DNA of 64,000 nucleotides from Bacillota bacterium (GTDB lineage Bacteria > Bacillota > Clostridia > Christensenellales > Pumilibacteraceae), in contig WRAP01000002.1 in the NCBI GenBank assembly GCA_009780135.1, forward strand, positions 5,840-69,839. Direction: 5' to 3'. The translations under genes were made by a program, and so were the position numbers. Below, in pieces: positions 56,228 to 64,000 of the stretch. The notes beneath the pieces were generated by a model. It saw only the letters and a program-made list of their open reading frames with translations, did no database searches and was not told the DNA's origin. Position 1 is the first letter of the stretch, and every line of letters starts with the position of its first letter.

Positions 56228-56297
56228 GTAAAATGAAAGGAGCCGTAAAGTGTCGTTTGATATAGTATATATTTTGTAATATTGTCTAACATTATAT

Positions 56298-56537
56298 TTA
56301 TGACTCAATATCATGGCAGATTTCTTGGAACAGAAGAATGTCATTTTTGCTGTAGCGGTTTAGAATTTCTTTTTGTTTTTGTTGGCGATGTTTTGCATTG
56401 AAGATATCGCACATAAGCGCCCATTTAAGAGCATTAAATTCGACGGCTTCATTAAAGATATCTCGAATATCTTTTTTGAAGGCAAAGCCTTCTAGTTTTT
56501 TTATTAGTTGTTTTTGTATATTTGTCATAAATTTCAC
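56298..56537 (-). CDS. Hypothetical protein of 79 aa, possibly an N-terminal fragment
   Basis: Called from an ORF only. It is the last gene before the right-arm repeats. I recognise no family. Confidence 0.3.
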   Translation of the reverse strand: MKFMTNIQKQLIKKLEGFAFKKDIRDIFNEAVEFNALKWALMCDIFNAKHRQQKQKEILNRYSKNDILLFQEICHDIES

Positions 56538-56676
56538 AATATAAAAGCATCGTTAGATGGTTTTTATGTATCAACTAACTAAGTAAATTGGTTTCGATTT
56601 TTTTATTTGATAATAAATTATAAATACTGTATTATATATTTGTGGTTACAAAAAAAATATAATAAAACTACAGTAG

Positions 56677-56790
56677 ATTTAGTCACAGATTTAGTCACAT
56701 AATTCATTTAGTCACGCTAAAAGTCACTTAAAAAGTGTTCTAAAGTGTGCCAAAGTGAACTAAAGTGAACTAAAATGTACTAAAAAACAC
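56677..56790 (+). repeat. Right-arm array of short direct repeats, with ATTTAGTCAC-type copies followed by six phased 10-bp units
   Basis: ATTTAGTCAC occurs at 56677, 56689 and 56706, with a variant TAAAAGTCAC at 56718. Contiguous 10-mers then follow: AAAAGTGTTC, TAAAGTGTGC, CAAAGTGAAC, TAAAGTGAAC, TAAAATGTAC and TAAAAAACAC (56731-56790). The array ends 5 nt before the att core. Confidence 0.8.
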
Positions 56791-56795
56791 AATTA

Positions 56796-56818
56796 TATGA
56801 AAAAATATGCACTATTAT
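56796..56818 (+). repeat. attR core, the right copy of the 23-bp direct repeat
   Basis: This copy is identical to 40763-40785. It contains the start codon and first seven codons of the intact purH. Confidence 0.85.
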
Positions 56819-58341
56819 CAGTTAGCAATAAAACAGGAATTGTAGAATTTGCAAGTGAGTTAGTTAAATTAGGCTACTCAATTTTAAGTACTGGCGGTAC
56901 GGCAAAAACGCTAATTGAGAATAAAATCTCGTGCCAAGAAGTCAGTGACTTAACAGGCTTTCCTGAATGTCTAGATGGCAGAGTTAAAACTCTTCATCCA
57001 AAAATTCATGGCGGAATTTTGGCCCTTAGAGATAATCCGTCTCATATGGAGCAAATTAGAAATCTCGGAATCGACATCATTGACATTGTAGCCGTTAATC
57101 TTTATCCATTTAGACAAACAATTCTCAAAGAAGATTGTAGCTTTGATTTAGCAGTAGAAAATATCGACATCGGTGGTCCAAGTATGATAAGGGCGGCCGC
57201 TAAAAACTATGGCGGAGTTGCAGTGCTAGTTGAGCATAGCGATTACGATGGCGTGATTGCCGAAATTAAATCAAAAGGCGAAGTTAGCTTAAAAACTAAA
57301 AAAGAGCTTATGGCAAAGGCATTTAGGCACACTGCTAACTACGACAGTCTTATTGCTAACTATTTAGCTACAGCTACATATGAGGTTTTTCCTAGCGATT
57401 TATCTATTCCATTCTCACTTGTAACAGAGTTGCGTTATGGTGAAAATCCACACCAAAAAGCAGCATTTTATCAGGATTTAATTCCGCGAAAAAACTCGCT
57501 TTCTACTGCACTTCAGCTAAACGGCAAGGAACTTTCGTATAACAATATCGGCGATGCGGCAGCGGCGTTAGAGTTGCTAAATGAGTTTAACGAGTGTGCA
57601 TGTGTGGCTGTAAAACACGCTAGCCCTTGCGGTGTGACAATGGGTAAAAATTCGTTAGAGGCTTATATTTCAGTTTATAACGCTGATCCAGTTTCAATTT
57701 TTGGCGGAATAGTTGTTTTTAATAGAGAAGTTTGCGAAAAAACGGCGAGTAAGCTAAACGAGATTTTTTTAGAAATAGTCATTGCTCCTAGTTATAATAA
57801 AGTTGCTTTAGAAATTTTAAAACAAAAGCCTAACCTTAGAGTTTTACTTATTAAAGGGTTAGAAAATCAAGTTGAATTTAGTAAAGTATTAGAGAAAAAA
57901 TATGTTTATGGTGGGCTTTTAGTGCAAGAAAAGGATGCGTCATTATATAACGAAAACGAATTAAAATTTGTTACAGAGGTTAAGCCGACTAAAGAGCAAT
58001 TAGAGCAGTTAAAATTTGCTTATAAAGTTGTTAAACATACTAAAAGTAACGCAATTGTTGTAGCAAGAGAGGGAAGTGCAATTGGCATAGCCGGCGGTCA
58101 GACTAACAGAATATGGGCATGCAAGCAAGCATTAGAAAGGGCAGACGATAGGGCAAACGGAGCGGTTTTAGCAAGTGATGCGTTTTTCCCGTTTAACGAT
58201 TGTGTGGAGGTAGCTGTACAAGCTGGTATCAAAGCAATAATTCAACCCGGTGGCAGTATAAAAGACCAAGACAGCATAGACCTTTGTAATAAACACGCTA
58301 TAGCAATGGTTTTATGTGGCGAGAGGCATTTTAAACACTAA
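56797..58341 (+). CDS. purH: Bifunctional AICAR transformylase / IMP cyclohydrolase
   Basis: MKKYALLSVSNKTGIVEFA, LSTGGTAK, GRVKTLHPKIHGGIL and the C-terminal QPGGSIKD are present. The protein is 514 aa. Confidence 0.95.
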   Translation: MKKYALLSVSNKTGIVEFASELVKLGYSILSTGGTAKTLIENKISCQEVSDLTGFPECLDGRVKTLHPKIHGGILALRDNPSHMEQIRNLGIDIIDIVAVNLYPFRQTILKEDCSFDLAVENIDIGGPSMIRAAAKNYGGVAVLVEHSDYDGVIAEIKSKGEVSLKTKKELMAKAFRHTANYDSLIANYLATATYEVFPSDLSIPFSLVTELRYGENPHQKAAFYQDLIPRKNSLSTALQLNGKELSYNNIGDAAAALELLNEFNECACVAVKHASPCGVTMGKNSLEAYISVYNADPVSIFGGIVVFNREVCEKTASKLNEIFLEIVIAPSYNKVALEILKQKPNLRVLLIKGLENQVEFSKVLEKKYVYGGLLVQEKDASLYNENELKFVTEVKPTKEQLEQLKFAYKVVKHTKSNAIVVAREGSAIGIAGGQTNRIWACKQALERADDRANGAVLASDAFFPFNDCVEVAVQAGIKAIIQPGGSIKDQDSIDLCNKHAIAMVLCGERHFKH

Positions 58342-58451
58342 CTATAAATAAATTACAAACTACAGCTGATGATGAACTACAGATTTTGTAATAATATTAA
58401 AGAAGTCAATAATTTGTAGGTTGTAGTTATTAAATATCTAAGGACGGTATT

Positions 58452-59747
58452 TTGCTGCCCTTATTTAATAAAAAAATGAAAAAAAATATACTTATAATAG
58501 GCGGAGGCGGTAGAGAACATGCTATTGCTATTGCCTTAAAAAAATCCCCTGATGTGGGTAAGTTGTATGCTATACCTGGTAATGCCGGAATGAGCGAAAT
58601 TTGTGAATGTCATAGTAATATTACTGCTATGAAACTTGATAAAATTATAGATTTTATAGCAAGTCATCCTGATATCTATCTAACTATGGTGGCTCCTGAT
58701 GACCCTTTAGCAGCAGGTTTAGTAGATAAGCTAAATGCAAAAGGCTTTAGGGCTTTTGGACCTAGCCAATTAGCCGCCGAGATAGAAAGTAGTAAAGTAT
58801 TTTCTAAAGGCTTTATGGCTCGGCATAATATCCCAACAGCAAGATATGAAGCATTTGATAATTTTGATTTAGCTTTAGCATATATAAAGGACCATCCTCT
58901 TCCGCTTGTGATTAAAGCAGACGGATTGGCTCTTGGTAAAGGTGTTAGTATTTGTAATACGCTAGTCGAAGCCGAAGCAGCATTAAAAAATACAATGCAG
59001 GATTTAGCATTTGGCTCAGCGGGTAGGTCGGTTGTAATAGAGGAATTTTTAACAGGCTTCGAGGTTAGCGTTTTAGCTTTTTGCGATGGCGAAACAGTTG
59101 TGCCGATGGTGTCTGCTAGTGATTATAAAAGGGCACATAACGGTGATGCCGGATTAAATACAGGCGGTATGGGTACGATTAGTCCTAGTCCTAGCTATAC
59201 TAACGATATGGCAAAAATAGCAATGGAAACAATCTTTTTGCCAACAGTTAAAGAGATGAAGTCCGAAGGGCGAGAATTTAAGGGAGTATTATATTTTGGT
59301 CTTATTATTTGTGACGGAGTGCCTAAGGTAATAGAATATAACGCTCGCTTTGGCGACCCCGAAACACAAGTTATTTTGCCAAGACTAAAAACGGATTTAT
59401 TAGAAGTTTTTGATGCTTGCATAGACGGCACTTTAGATAAAATCAATTTGCAGTGGGAAGATAATGCTACGGTTTGCGTATGTTTAGCAAGTGGCGGCTA
59501 TCCTCTAAATTATAACAAAGGCGAAGAAATTTCTATAGGTAATAACCTAGATAAAGACATAACAATTTATCACGCAGGTACAGCGATTGATAAGAATGGC
59601 AAGTTAGTTACAAACGGTGGTAGGGTACTAAATGTTGTAGCCACTGCCGAAAACTTAGTAACTGCTAGGAGTATTGCTTACGCTAATATTAGCAAAGTCT
59701 ACTTCAAAAATATGCACTATCGTACTGATATTGGGTTGAACCGTTAA
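58452..59747 (+). CDS. purD: Phosphoribosylamine--glycine ligase
   Basis: ILIIGGGGREHAI, the ATP-grasp core and YNARFGDPETQ are present. The TTG at 58452 has an AGGA ~7 nt upstream. An alternative ATG at 58476 would give MKKNILIIGGG. Confidence 0.9.
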   Translation: MLPLFNKKMKKNILIIGGGGREHAIAIALKKSPDVGKLYAIPGNAGMSEICECHSNITAMKLDKIIDFIASHPDIYLTMVAPDDPLAAGLVDKLNAKGFRAFGPSQLAAEIESSKVFSKGFMARHNIPTARYEAFDNFDLALAYIKDHPLPLVIKADGLALGKGVSICNTLVEAEAALKNTMQDLAFGSAGRSVVIEEFLTGFEVSVLAFCDGETVVPMVSASDYKRAHNGDAGLNTGGMGTISPSPSYTNDMAKIAMETIFLPTVKEMKSEGREFKGVLYFGLIICDGVPKVIEYNARFGDPETQVILPRLKTDLLEVFDACIDGTLDKINLQWEDNATVCVCLASGGYPLNYNKGEEISIGNNLDKDITIYHAGTAIDKNGKLVTNGGRVLNVVATAENLVTARSIAYANISKVYFKNMHYRTDIGLNR

Positions 59748-59791
59748 AATTTTTAAGTACGAGCGATATTAGTCATCCGAATTTTTATAAG

Positions 59792-61570
59792 ATGCCTTTT
59801 CTACCCACAACAAAAGCGGAATTATCTGCTCTAAATATTGATGTGCCTGATTTTATTGTGGTAACACCCGAGGCGTATGTAGACCACCCTAGCTTTGGAG
59901 CAAGCCTTATCGCACGATTAGTAGAGAGCGAGGGTTTTTCTGTTGTAGTTTTATCTCAGCCAGTTAGTAAAGCTGACTTTACTTCATTTGGTGCTCCTAA
60001 GCATGCGTTTTTGCTATCGTGTGGAGCTATGGACTCTATGGTTGCTAATTATAGTGTTTCGCTTCAAAAAAGAAAAGAGGACGCTTATAGTGACGGTGGA
60101 AAGGCGGGACTCCGCCCCGATAGAGTGTGTCAAACTCATTCTAAAGCACTCAAAAAACATTTCCCTAATACTCCAATAATTGCAGGTGGTTTAGAACCGA
60201 GCTTGCGTCGATTAGCACACTACGATTATTGGAGCAATAGAATAATGCCAAGCATTTTGTTTGATGCTCCGGTCGATTTGATTATCTGCGGTATGGGTGA
60301 AGTACCGATACTTGAAATTTGCAAATTCGCTAAAAAAAACATTCCATTAAATAAAGTAAAGGATATTTTTGGTACAGCATATCTAACACCATTAGAGAAT
60401 GCAAGTAAGGTAGTTAGAGCAGCAATCACAACTGCCGACAACTCAAAGTTTCAAATATTATCGTCATATAACAGCGTAAAATCAGATAAAAAAACATACT
60501 TAAAGACCTTTTTGCAATACTCTGCCACACATAATAAGGGTTTTATTCAAAAACAAGATAACACTCATTACGCAATTATAAATCCGCCAGCTACTCCGTC
60601 GACTACCGAGCTTCTTGATAGAGTTTACGAGTTGCCGTATATGCGTGATTTTCATCCTAAATACAAGCATATTCCTGCAATAGAGGAGGTGCAGTTTTCT
60701 ATTACTGCTCACAGAGGTTGTTTTGGCAACTGTAGCTTTTGTGCTCTAAATTATCATCAAGGCAAATCAATTATTTCTCGTAGTGATGATAGCATTTTGC
60801 GAGAAGTAGAAATATTAACAAAGCATCCTAAATTTAAGGGATATATTCACGATGTGGGAGGACCGAGTGCGAATTTCCATACCAATCCGTGTGAGAAAAA
60901 AGGTGAGCCTTGTAGAGATAAAAACTGCATTGGATTTGATAACTGCAAAAATCTAAATGCTGACCATACTAAATATTTGGAGCTACTTAGAAAAGTAAGG
61001 GCAGTTAAGGGAATTAAAAAAGTATTTGTGCGTAGTGGTGTTAGATTTGATTTTTGCAATATGGATAGTGATAAAGATTTTCTAAATGAGCTTACGGCTC
61101 ATCATATTTCGGGTCAGTTAAAGGTTGCTCCAGAGCATGTTAGTGATGCCGTGTTAAAGTTGATGAATAAGCCGCCACATAAAACATATGTCGAGTTTAG
61201 TAAAGCGTTTAATGCTGCCACAAAAAAGGTAGGCTTAGAACAATACTTGGTGCCTTATTTTGTTTCATCACACCCTGGTGCTACTCTGAAAGATGCCGTA
61301 AAGCTAACAGAGTATCTAATTTCAATTCGCTACGAACCTGAACAAGTGCAAGACTTTTATCCAACACCTGGTACACTTTCTACCGCTATGTACTACACCG
61401 AATTAGACCATGTTAACTTTAAAAAACTATTTGTAGCAAAGACACAAGAAGAGAAAGCTCTTCAAAGGGCACTTCTTCAATATCGCCGAGAAAGAAATCG
61501 CCTCTTAGTAACAAAGGCTCTAAAATTAGTAAACAGGGAAGACCTATTATCAAAAATCAAATTTAGATAA
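59792..61570 (+). CDS. ygiQ: YgiQ family (UPF0313) radical SAM protein
   Basis: The radical SAM cluster motif reads HRGCFGNCSFCAL (CxxxCxxC). The protein is ~590 aa with the typical N-terminal YgiQ domain. Confidence 0.8.
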   Translation: MPFLPTTKAELSALNIDVPDFIVVTPEAYVDHPSFGASLIARLVESEGFSVVVLSQPVSKADFTSFGAPKHAFLLSCGAMDSMVANYSVSLQKRKEDAYSDGGKAGLRPDRVCQTHSKALKKHFPNTPIIAGGLEPSLRRLAHYDYWSNRIMPSILFDAPVDLIICGMGEVPILEICKFAKKNIPLNKVKDIFGTAYLTPLENASKVVRAAITTADNSKFQILSSYNSVKSDKKTYLKTFLQYSATHNKGFIQKQDNTHYAIINPPATPSTTELLDRVYELPYMRDFHPKYKHIPAIEEVQFSITAHRGCFGNCSFCALNYHQGKSIISRSDDSILREVEILTKHPKFKGYIHDVGGPSANFHTNPCEKKGEPCRDKNCIGFDNCKNLNADHTKYLELLRKVRAVKGIKKVFVRSGVRFDFCNMDSDKDFLNELTAHHISGQLKVAPEHVSDAVLKLMNKPPHKTYVEFSKAFNAATKKVGLEQYLVPYFVSSHPGATLKDAVKLTEYLISIRYEPEQVQDFYPTPGTLSTAMYYTELDHVNFKKLFVAKTQEEKALQRALLQYRRERNRLLVTKALKLVNREDLLSKIKFR

Positions 61571-61627
61571 AAGGCTATGAAAATCTTAAAATCTTTTAAA
61601 AAGTATAAAAAAGAGTGGATTTATTAT

Positions 61628-61660
61628 AGACGGTAAGGAAAACCCTGCCGTCTTTTTTTT
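61628..61660 (+). terminator. Rho-independent terminator after ygiQ
   Basis: An AGACGG...CCGTCT stem is followed by a run of Ts. Confidence 0.6.
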
Positions 61661-61717
61661 ATTTTACGGCAATTTATCATTTTGACTAGATGTATGATTT
61701 TTGCTATACTATAATTT

Positions 61718-62143
61718 ATGAAGTGTCGCAAATTACTTATTATATTAGCAATATTCAACGCAAGCATGAACACACTTTATTTAGTTAGATTCTTTGGAGT
61801 ATTTGCCCCCGAAAGCGTAGTCTATGGGTATGTACCGTGGTTTATGTCGTTTGCTTTGCCGAATATTGTTTTTAGTTTAATAGCGTGGCTTTTGGTATTT
61901 GCTTTACTAAAAAAACATACCAACTTAGCGGTCATAGTGGGGTTAGTGAATGCCGGAGGTTTAATTTTTCATGCGCTAAACGGATTTATGTTTGTTATTT
62001 ATACAGGCTCACTAGCCGAATTGACAATATTTAATGCGATATTTGAAGTAGCGGTTTATTTGTACGGCTTGGCTCTTGCCGCATTTTATATCTCATATTT
62101 TTTGCGGGTTATTAGAATGGCATCGGACAAAAATAAAGAGTAA
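61718..62143 (+). CDS. Four-TM membrane protein, hypothetical
   Basis: The protein is 141 aa and strongly hydrophobic throughout. Confidence 0.5.
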   Translation: MKCRKLLIILAIFNASMNTLYLVRFFGVFAPESVVYGYVPWFMSFALPNIVFSLIAWLLVFALLKKHTNLAVIVGLVNAGGLIFHALNGFMFVIYTGSLAELTIFNAIFEVAVYLYGLALAAFYISYFLRVIRMASDKNKE

Positions 62144-62655
62144 TGAAATGATATAGGTTTGATGCAGTAATAAAAACACTGCCCGAACATTACTAAGTAA
62201 TTGAATGAAAAGGCGATAAATAGGGCAAAAAGGCATAAAAAATACGACTGAATTAACTTCGTTTTGTCGCGTCTTAATGGCGAGGTCGAACCAAAAGCAA
62301 TCCCTTGCCATTTTTTTATTTTTTCAACCGAACGGAAAGTAACATAAATATAGAATATTAACCAAAATAACACCTAACGGTACCTTTTGAACAATGTCGT
62401 GCTTTTATTTTATTATCGGTAATGAATAAGGAATAAATAAATTTTTGGATATTGAATGGAAAGTAAATTTTCTTGTAATCAATCAAAATTTATCAAATCC
62501 AAGTTTTGTCGAACAAGAGTAAATTTTGATTATGTTCAAATCTTCGATGCAAAAAGGTGATATAGAGGGTCCTTTTGTACTATTTTATTATACAAAATTT
62601 CATACTACTTGTCCAAATAAATGGATAGGGTCCAGTAATAAATGATCAGGGAGCA

Positions 62656-63741
62656 ATGGCAGCATATCAAAGACTAGCGAAGATTATTGAGGGGACGGAC
62701 ATTGAGGACAAGGAGGGCTTTATCTCGTCTCTTTTTATTAATCTAGGAGGAGTAGAGAGTGCGTTGAGCGTTGATATGTTTTTGGATATTGCGGAAATGA
62801 TTAAGGCTGACGAGAGCATTAAAAATGATTTTGAAAATTTACAGAGCAGACAGCTTTTTGATAAGTATCATAATGACAGCGTGTTGAGTGAGAGCATTAA
62901 AGCATACATAAGTAAATTCGGCGCAAGAGTTTGTGATGAATTAAAGTTTGAAACTATTACCATGATTCAAGAGCCTATACTTTTGTATGATTTATTAAAG
63001 GCTCAAATTCAAAACAGTTTTTCTCGTCATAAATTAGAGAAAGAGGAAGTTAGCATTCCTAATATGTCAAAACGGCAAAAGAAAAAGTTTTTGGCGTTGA
63101 CTAAAAAAACAGCATATTTTATTAGAAATCGTGAGAGACTTAGGCTAACTAGAACACACACTTTTTCTGCCATAAGAAATATTTTATTAAGGCTGGGCGA
63201 CTTGTTTTTTGAGGAAGGATTGATAGATGATAGACAAGATATTTTTTATTTAACCAAGCAAGAGGTTTTTTCTTTGGTAGGTGGTAAAAAAGTGGAGAGT
63301 ATACAGAAAATTGTGGGACAAAGAAAGTCAGAGTATGAGGCAGATATTGGTATAGAGCTACCTGACAGGATGGTGTTTTTTGGTGAAGAGAGATTGGATG
63401 TGCTTAGCAGGAGTGGGGGGAGCGGTGGTAACTTGACAGGTATTCCGTCAGGAGCAGGCAAAGTCACCGGCAAGATTAAACTTGTTTTAGACCCTAAAAA
63501 TGCTGATATTAACGGTGAGATTATTTTGGCAAAAAGGACAGACCCTGGGTGGATTACTCTTTTTCCGTTATGTAGTGGTTTGATTGTAGAATATGGAAGC
63601 GTGTTGTCGCATTCAGCAGTAGTAGCAAGAGAAATGGGTATTCCTGCTGTAGTGGGATTAAAGGGGGCGACTAGCTTGATAAAGGACGGGGCAGTTGTTA
63701 CGCTAGATGCAATAAAGGGAGAGGTGATTGTGCATGAGTAA
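62656..63741 (+). CDS. PEP-utilising enzyme family protein with the central and mobile His-domain only, possibly N-terminally truncated
   Basis: The C-terminal swivel domain reads GKIKLVLDP...IILAKRTDPGWITLFPLCSGLIVEYGSVLSHSAVVAREMGIPAVVG and includes the phospho-His motif. No ATP-grasp/PPDK_N domain is present. An in-frame stop lies 30 nt upstream. Confidence 0.7.
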   Translation: MAAYQRLAKIIEGTDIEDKEGFISSLFINLGGVESALSVDMFLDIAEMIKADESIKNDFENLQSRQLFDKYHNDSVLSESIKAYISKFGARVCDELKFETITMIQEPILLYDLLKAQIQNSFSRHKLEKEEVSIPNMSKRQKKKFLALTKKTAYFIRNRERLRLTRTHTFSAIRNILLRLGDLFFEEGLIDDRQDIFYLTKQEVFSLVGGKKVESIQKIVGQRKSEYEADIGIELPDRMVFFGEERLDVLSRSGGSGGNLTGIPSGAGKVTGKIKLVLDPKNADINGEIILAKRTDPGWITLFPLCSGLIVEYGSVLSHSAVVAREMGIPAVVGLKGATSLIKDGAVVTLDAIKGEVIVHE

Positions 63742-64000
63742 AAAACGCTTTAAGATAGAGCCTTATATAAGATATGCAAATTGCTATGAAGACGCCGGAA
63801 CCTTGCATGCAATTATTGATGAAAGCGTGCGGAGCGTTTTGAGTATAGCATCGGGTGGCGATAATAGCCTAGCACTGCTTGCAAATGATAACATAGAGAG
63901 TCTAATGGTTTTTGACAAGAATCCAAGCCAACTATATTTGACCAAATTAAAGTTTTCAGCATTCAAGCATTTAAGTTATGAAAAGGTGTTGATTTTATTC
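63734..64000 (+). CDS. DUF3419 (BtaA-like, SAM-dependent methyltransferase fold) protein; 5' part only, continuing beyond the window end
   Basis: This ORF is absent from the track because it is open at the edge. My translation is MSKKRFKIEPYIRYANCYEDAGTLHAIIDESVRSVLSIASGGDNSLALLANDNIESLMVFDKNPSQLYLTKLKFSA. It matches the NCWED...SI.SaG.N.L.lL...DlNp.Q..L..LK pattern. The start overlaps the upstream stop region. Confidence 0.6.
   Translation, partial: MSKKRFKIEPYIRYANCYEDAGTLHAIIDESVRSVLSIASGGDNSLALLANDNIESLMVFDKNPSQLYLTKLKFSAFKHLSYEKVLILF

Larger units (their letters stand above)
40763..56818. mobile_element. Integrative genomic island or degraded prophage-like element of ~16.0 kb inserted in the 5' end of purH
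   Basis: A perfect 23-bp direct repeat flanks the element. A tyrosine integrase lies next to attL. The element interrupts the otherwise contiguous purM-purN-purH-purD operon. The cargo is made of accessory, toxin and relic genes. Confidence 0.85.

Noticed and set aside
62086-62373. Two overlapping minus-strand ORFs of 95 and 72 aa lie downstream of the 61718 membrane gene.
   Set aside because: They overlap the 3' end of a plausible plus-strand gene. They have no RBS or motifs and lie in AT-rich non-coding-looking sequence.
1-64000. I looked for rRNA, tRNA, tmRNA and CRISPR arrays across the whole window.
   Set aside because: I found no cloverleaf-compatible GTTCGA/T-loop contexts. The GGTTCGACC at ~62290 on the minus strand lacks acceptor and anticodon stems. 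I found no regularly spaced 25-40-bp repeats apart from the 10-bp att-arm array, and no rRNA-like conserved blocks.

Overview
This is a low-GC Firmicutes chromosomal segment. It most likely comes from an endospore-forming, Clostridia-type organism. I infer that from a GerA-type germinant receptor operon, a SleC-like cortex-lytic enzyme, RNase Y, a DnaD-like/DnaI helicase-loader pair and FabK.

Most of the window is ordinary housekeeping DNA: asnB (partial), a TetR regulator with a heterodimeric ABC exporter, an ACT/UPF0210 pair, pepF, recA-rny, metG, a ComM/YifB-like gene, the gerA-type operon, dnaI, fabK-fabD-fabG, gyrA, purM-purN, purH-purD, ygiQ, and a truncated PEP-utilising enzyme followed by a DUF3419-like gene.

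The main accessory feature is a ~16.0 kb integrative island at 40763-56818. It is inserted into the first codons of purH and bounded by a perfect 23-bp direct repeat. A tyrosine integrase sits at the left end, and short phased repeats sit on both arms.

The island carries four kinds of cargo:
- Decayed recombinase, phage and protease relics.
- A candidate undescribed conflict module at 46.1-49.1 kb. It has two paralogous tail-anchored winged-helix-like membrane proteins and a protein that fuses a TIR-like domain to a divergent GGDEF/palm-cyclase-like domain.
- A Sec-type Rhs/YD-repeat polymorphic toxin with a glycine-zipper membrane C-terminal domain.
- A membrane immunity-like gene and a decayed paralogue of it.

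A second unusual region at 10.7-17.5 kb encodes four low-complexity proteins, three membrane-anchored and three with long charged or coiled-coil-type regions. Two of them share an N-terminal 'MINxF' anchor.

I recognised no rRNA, tRNA or CRISPR array. All family assignments come from motif recognition by eye. No database search was run.
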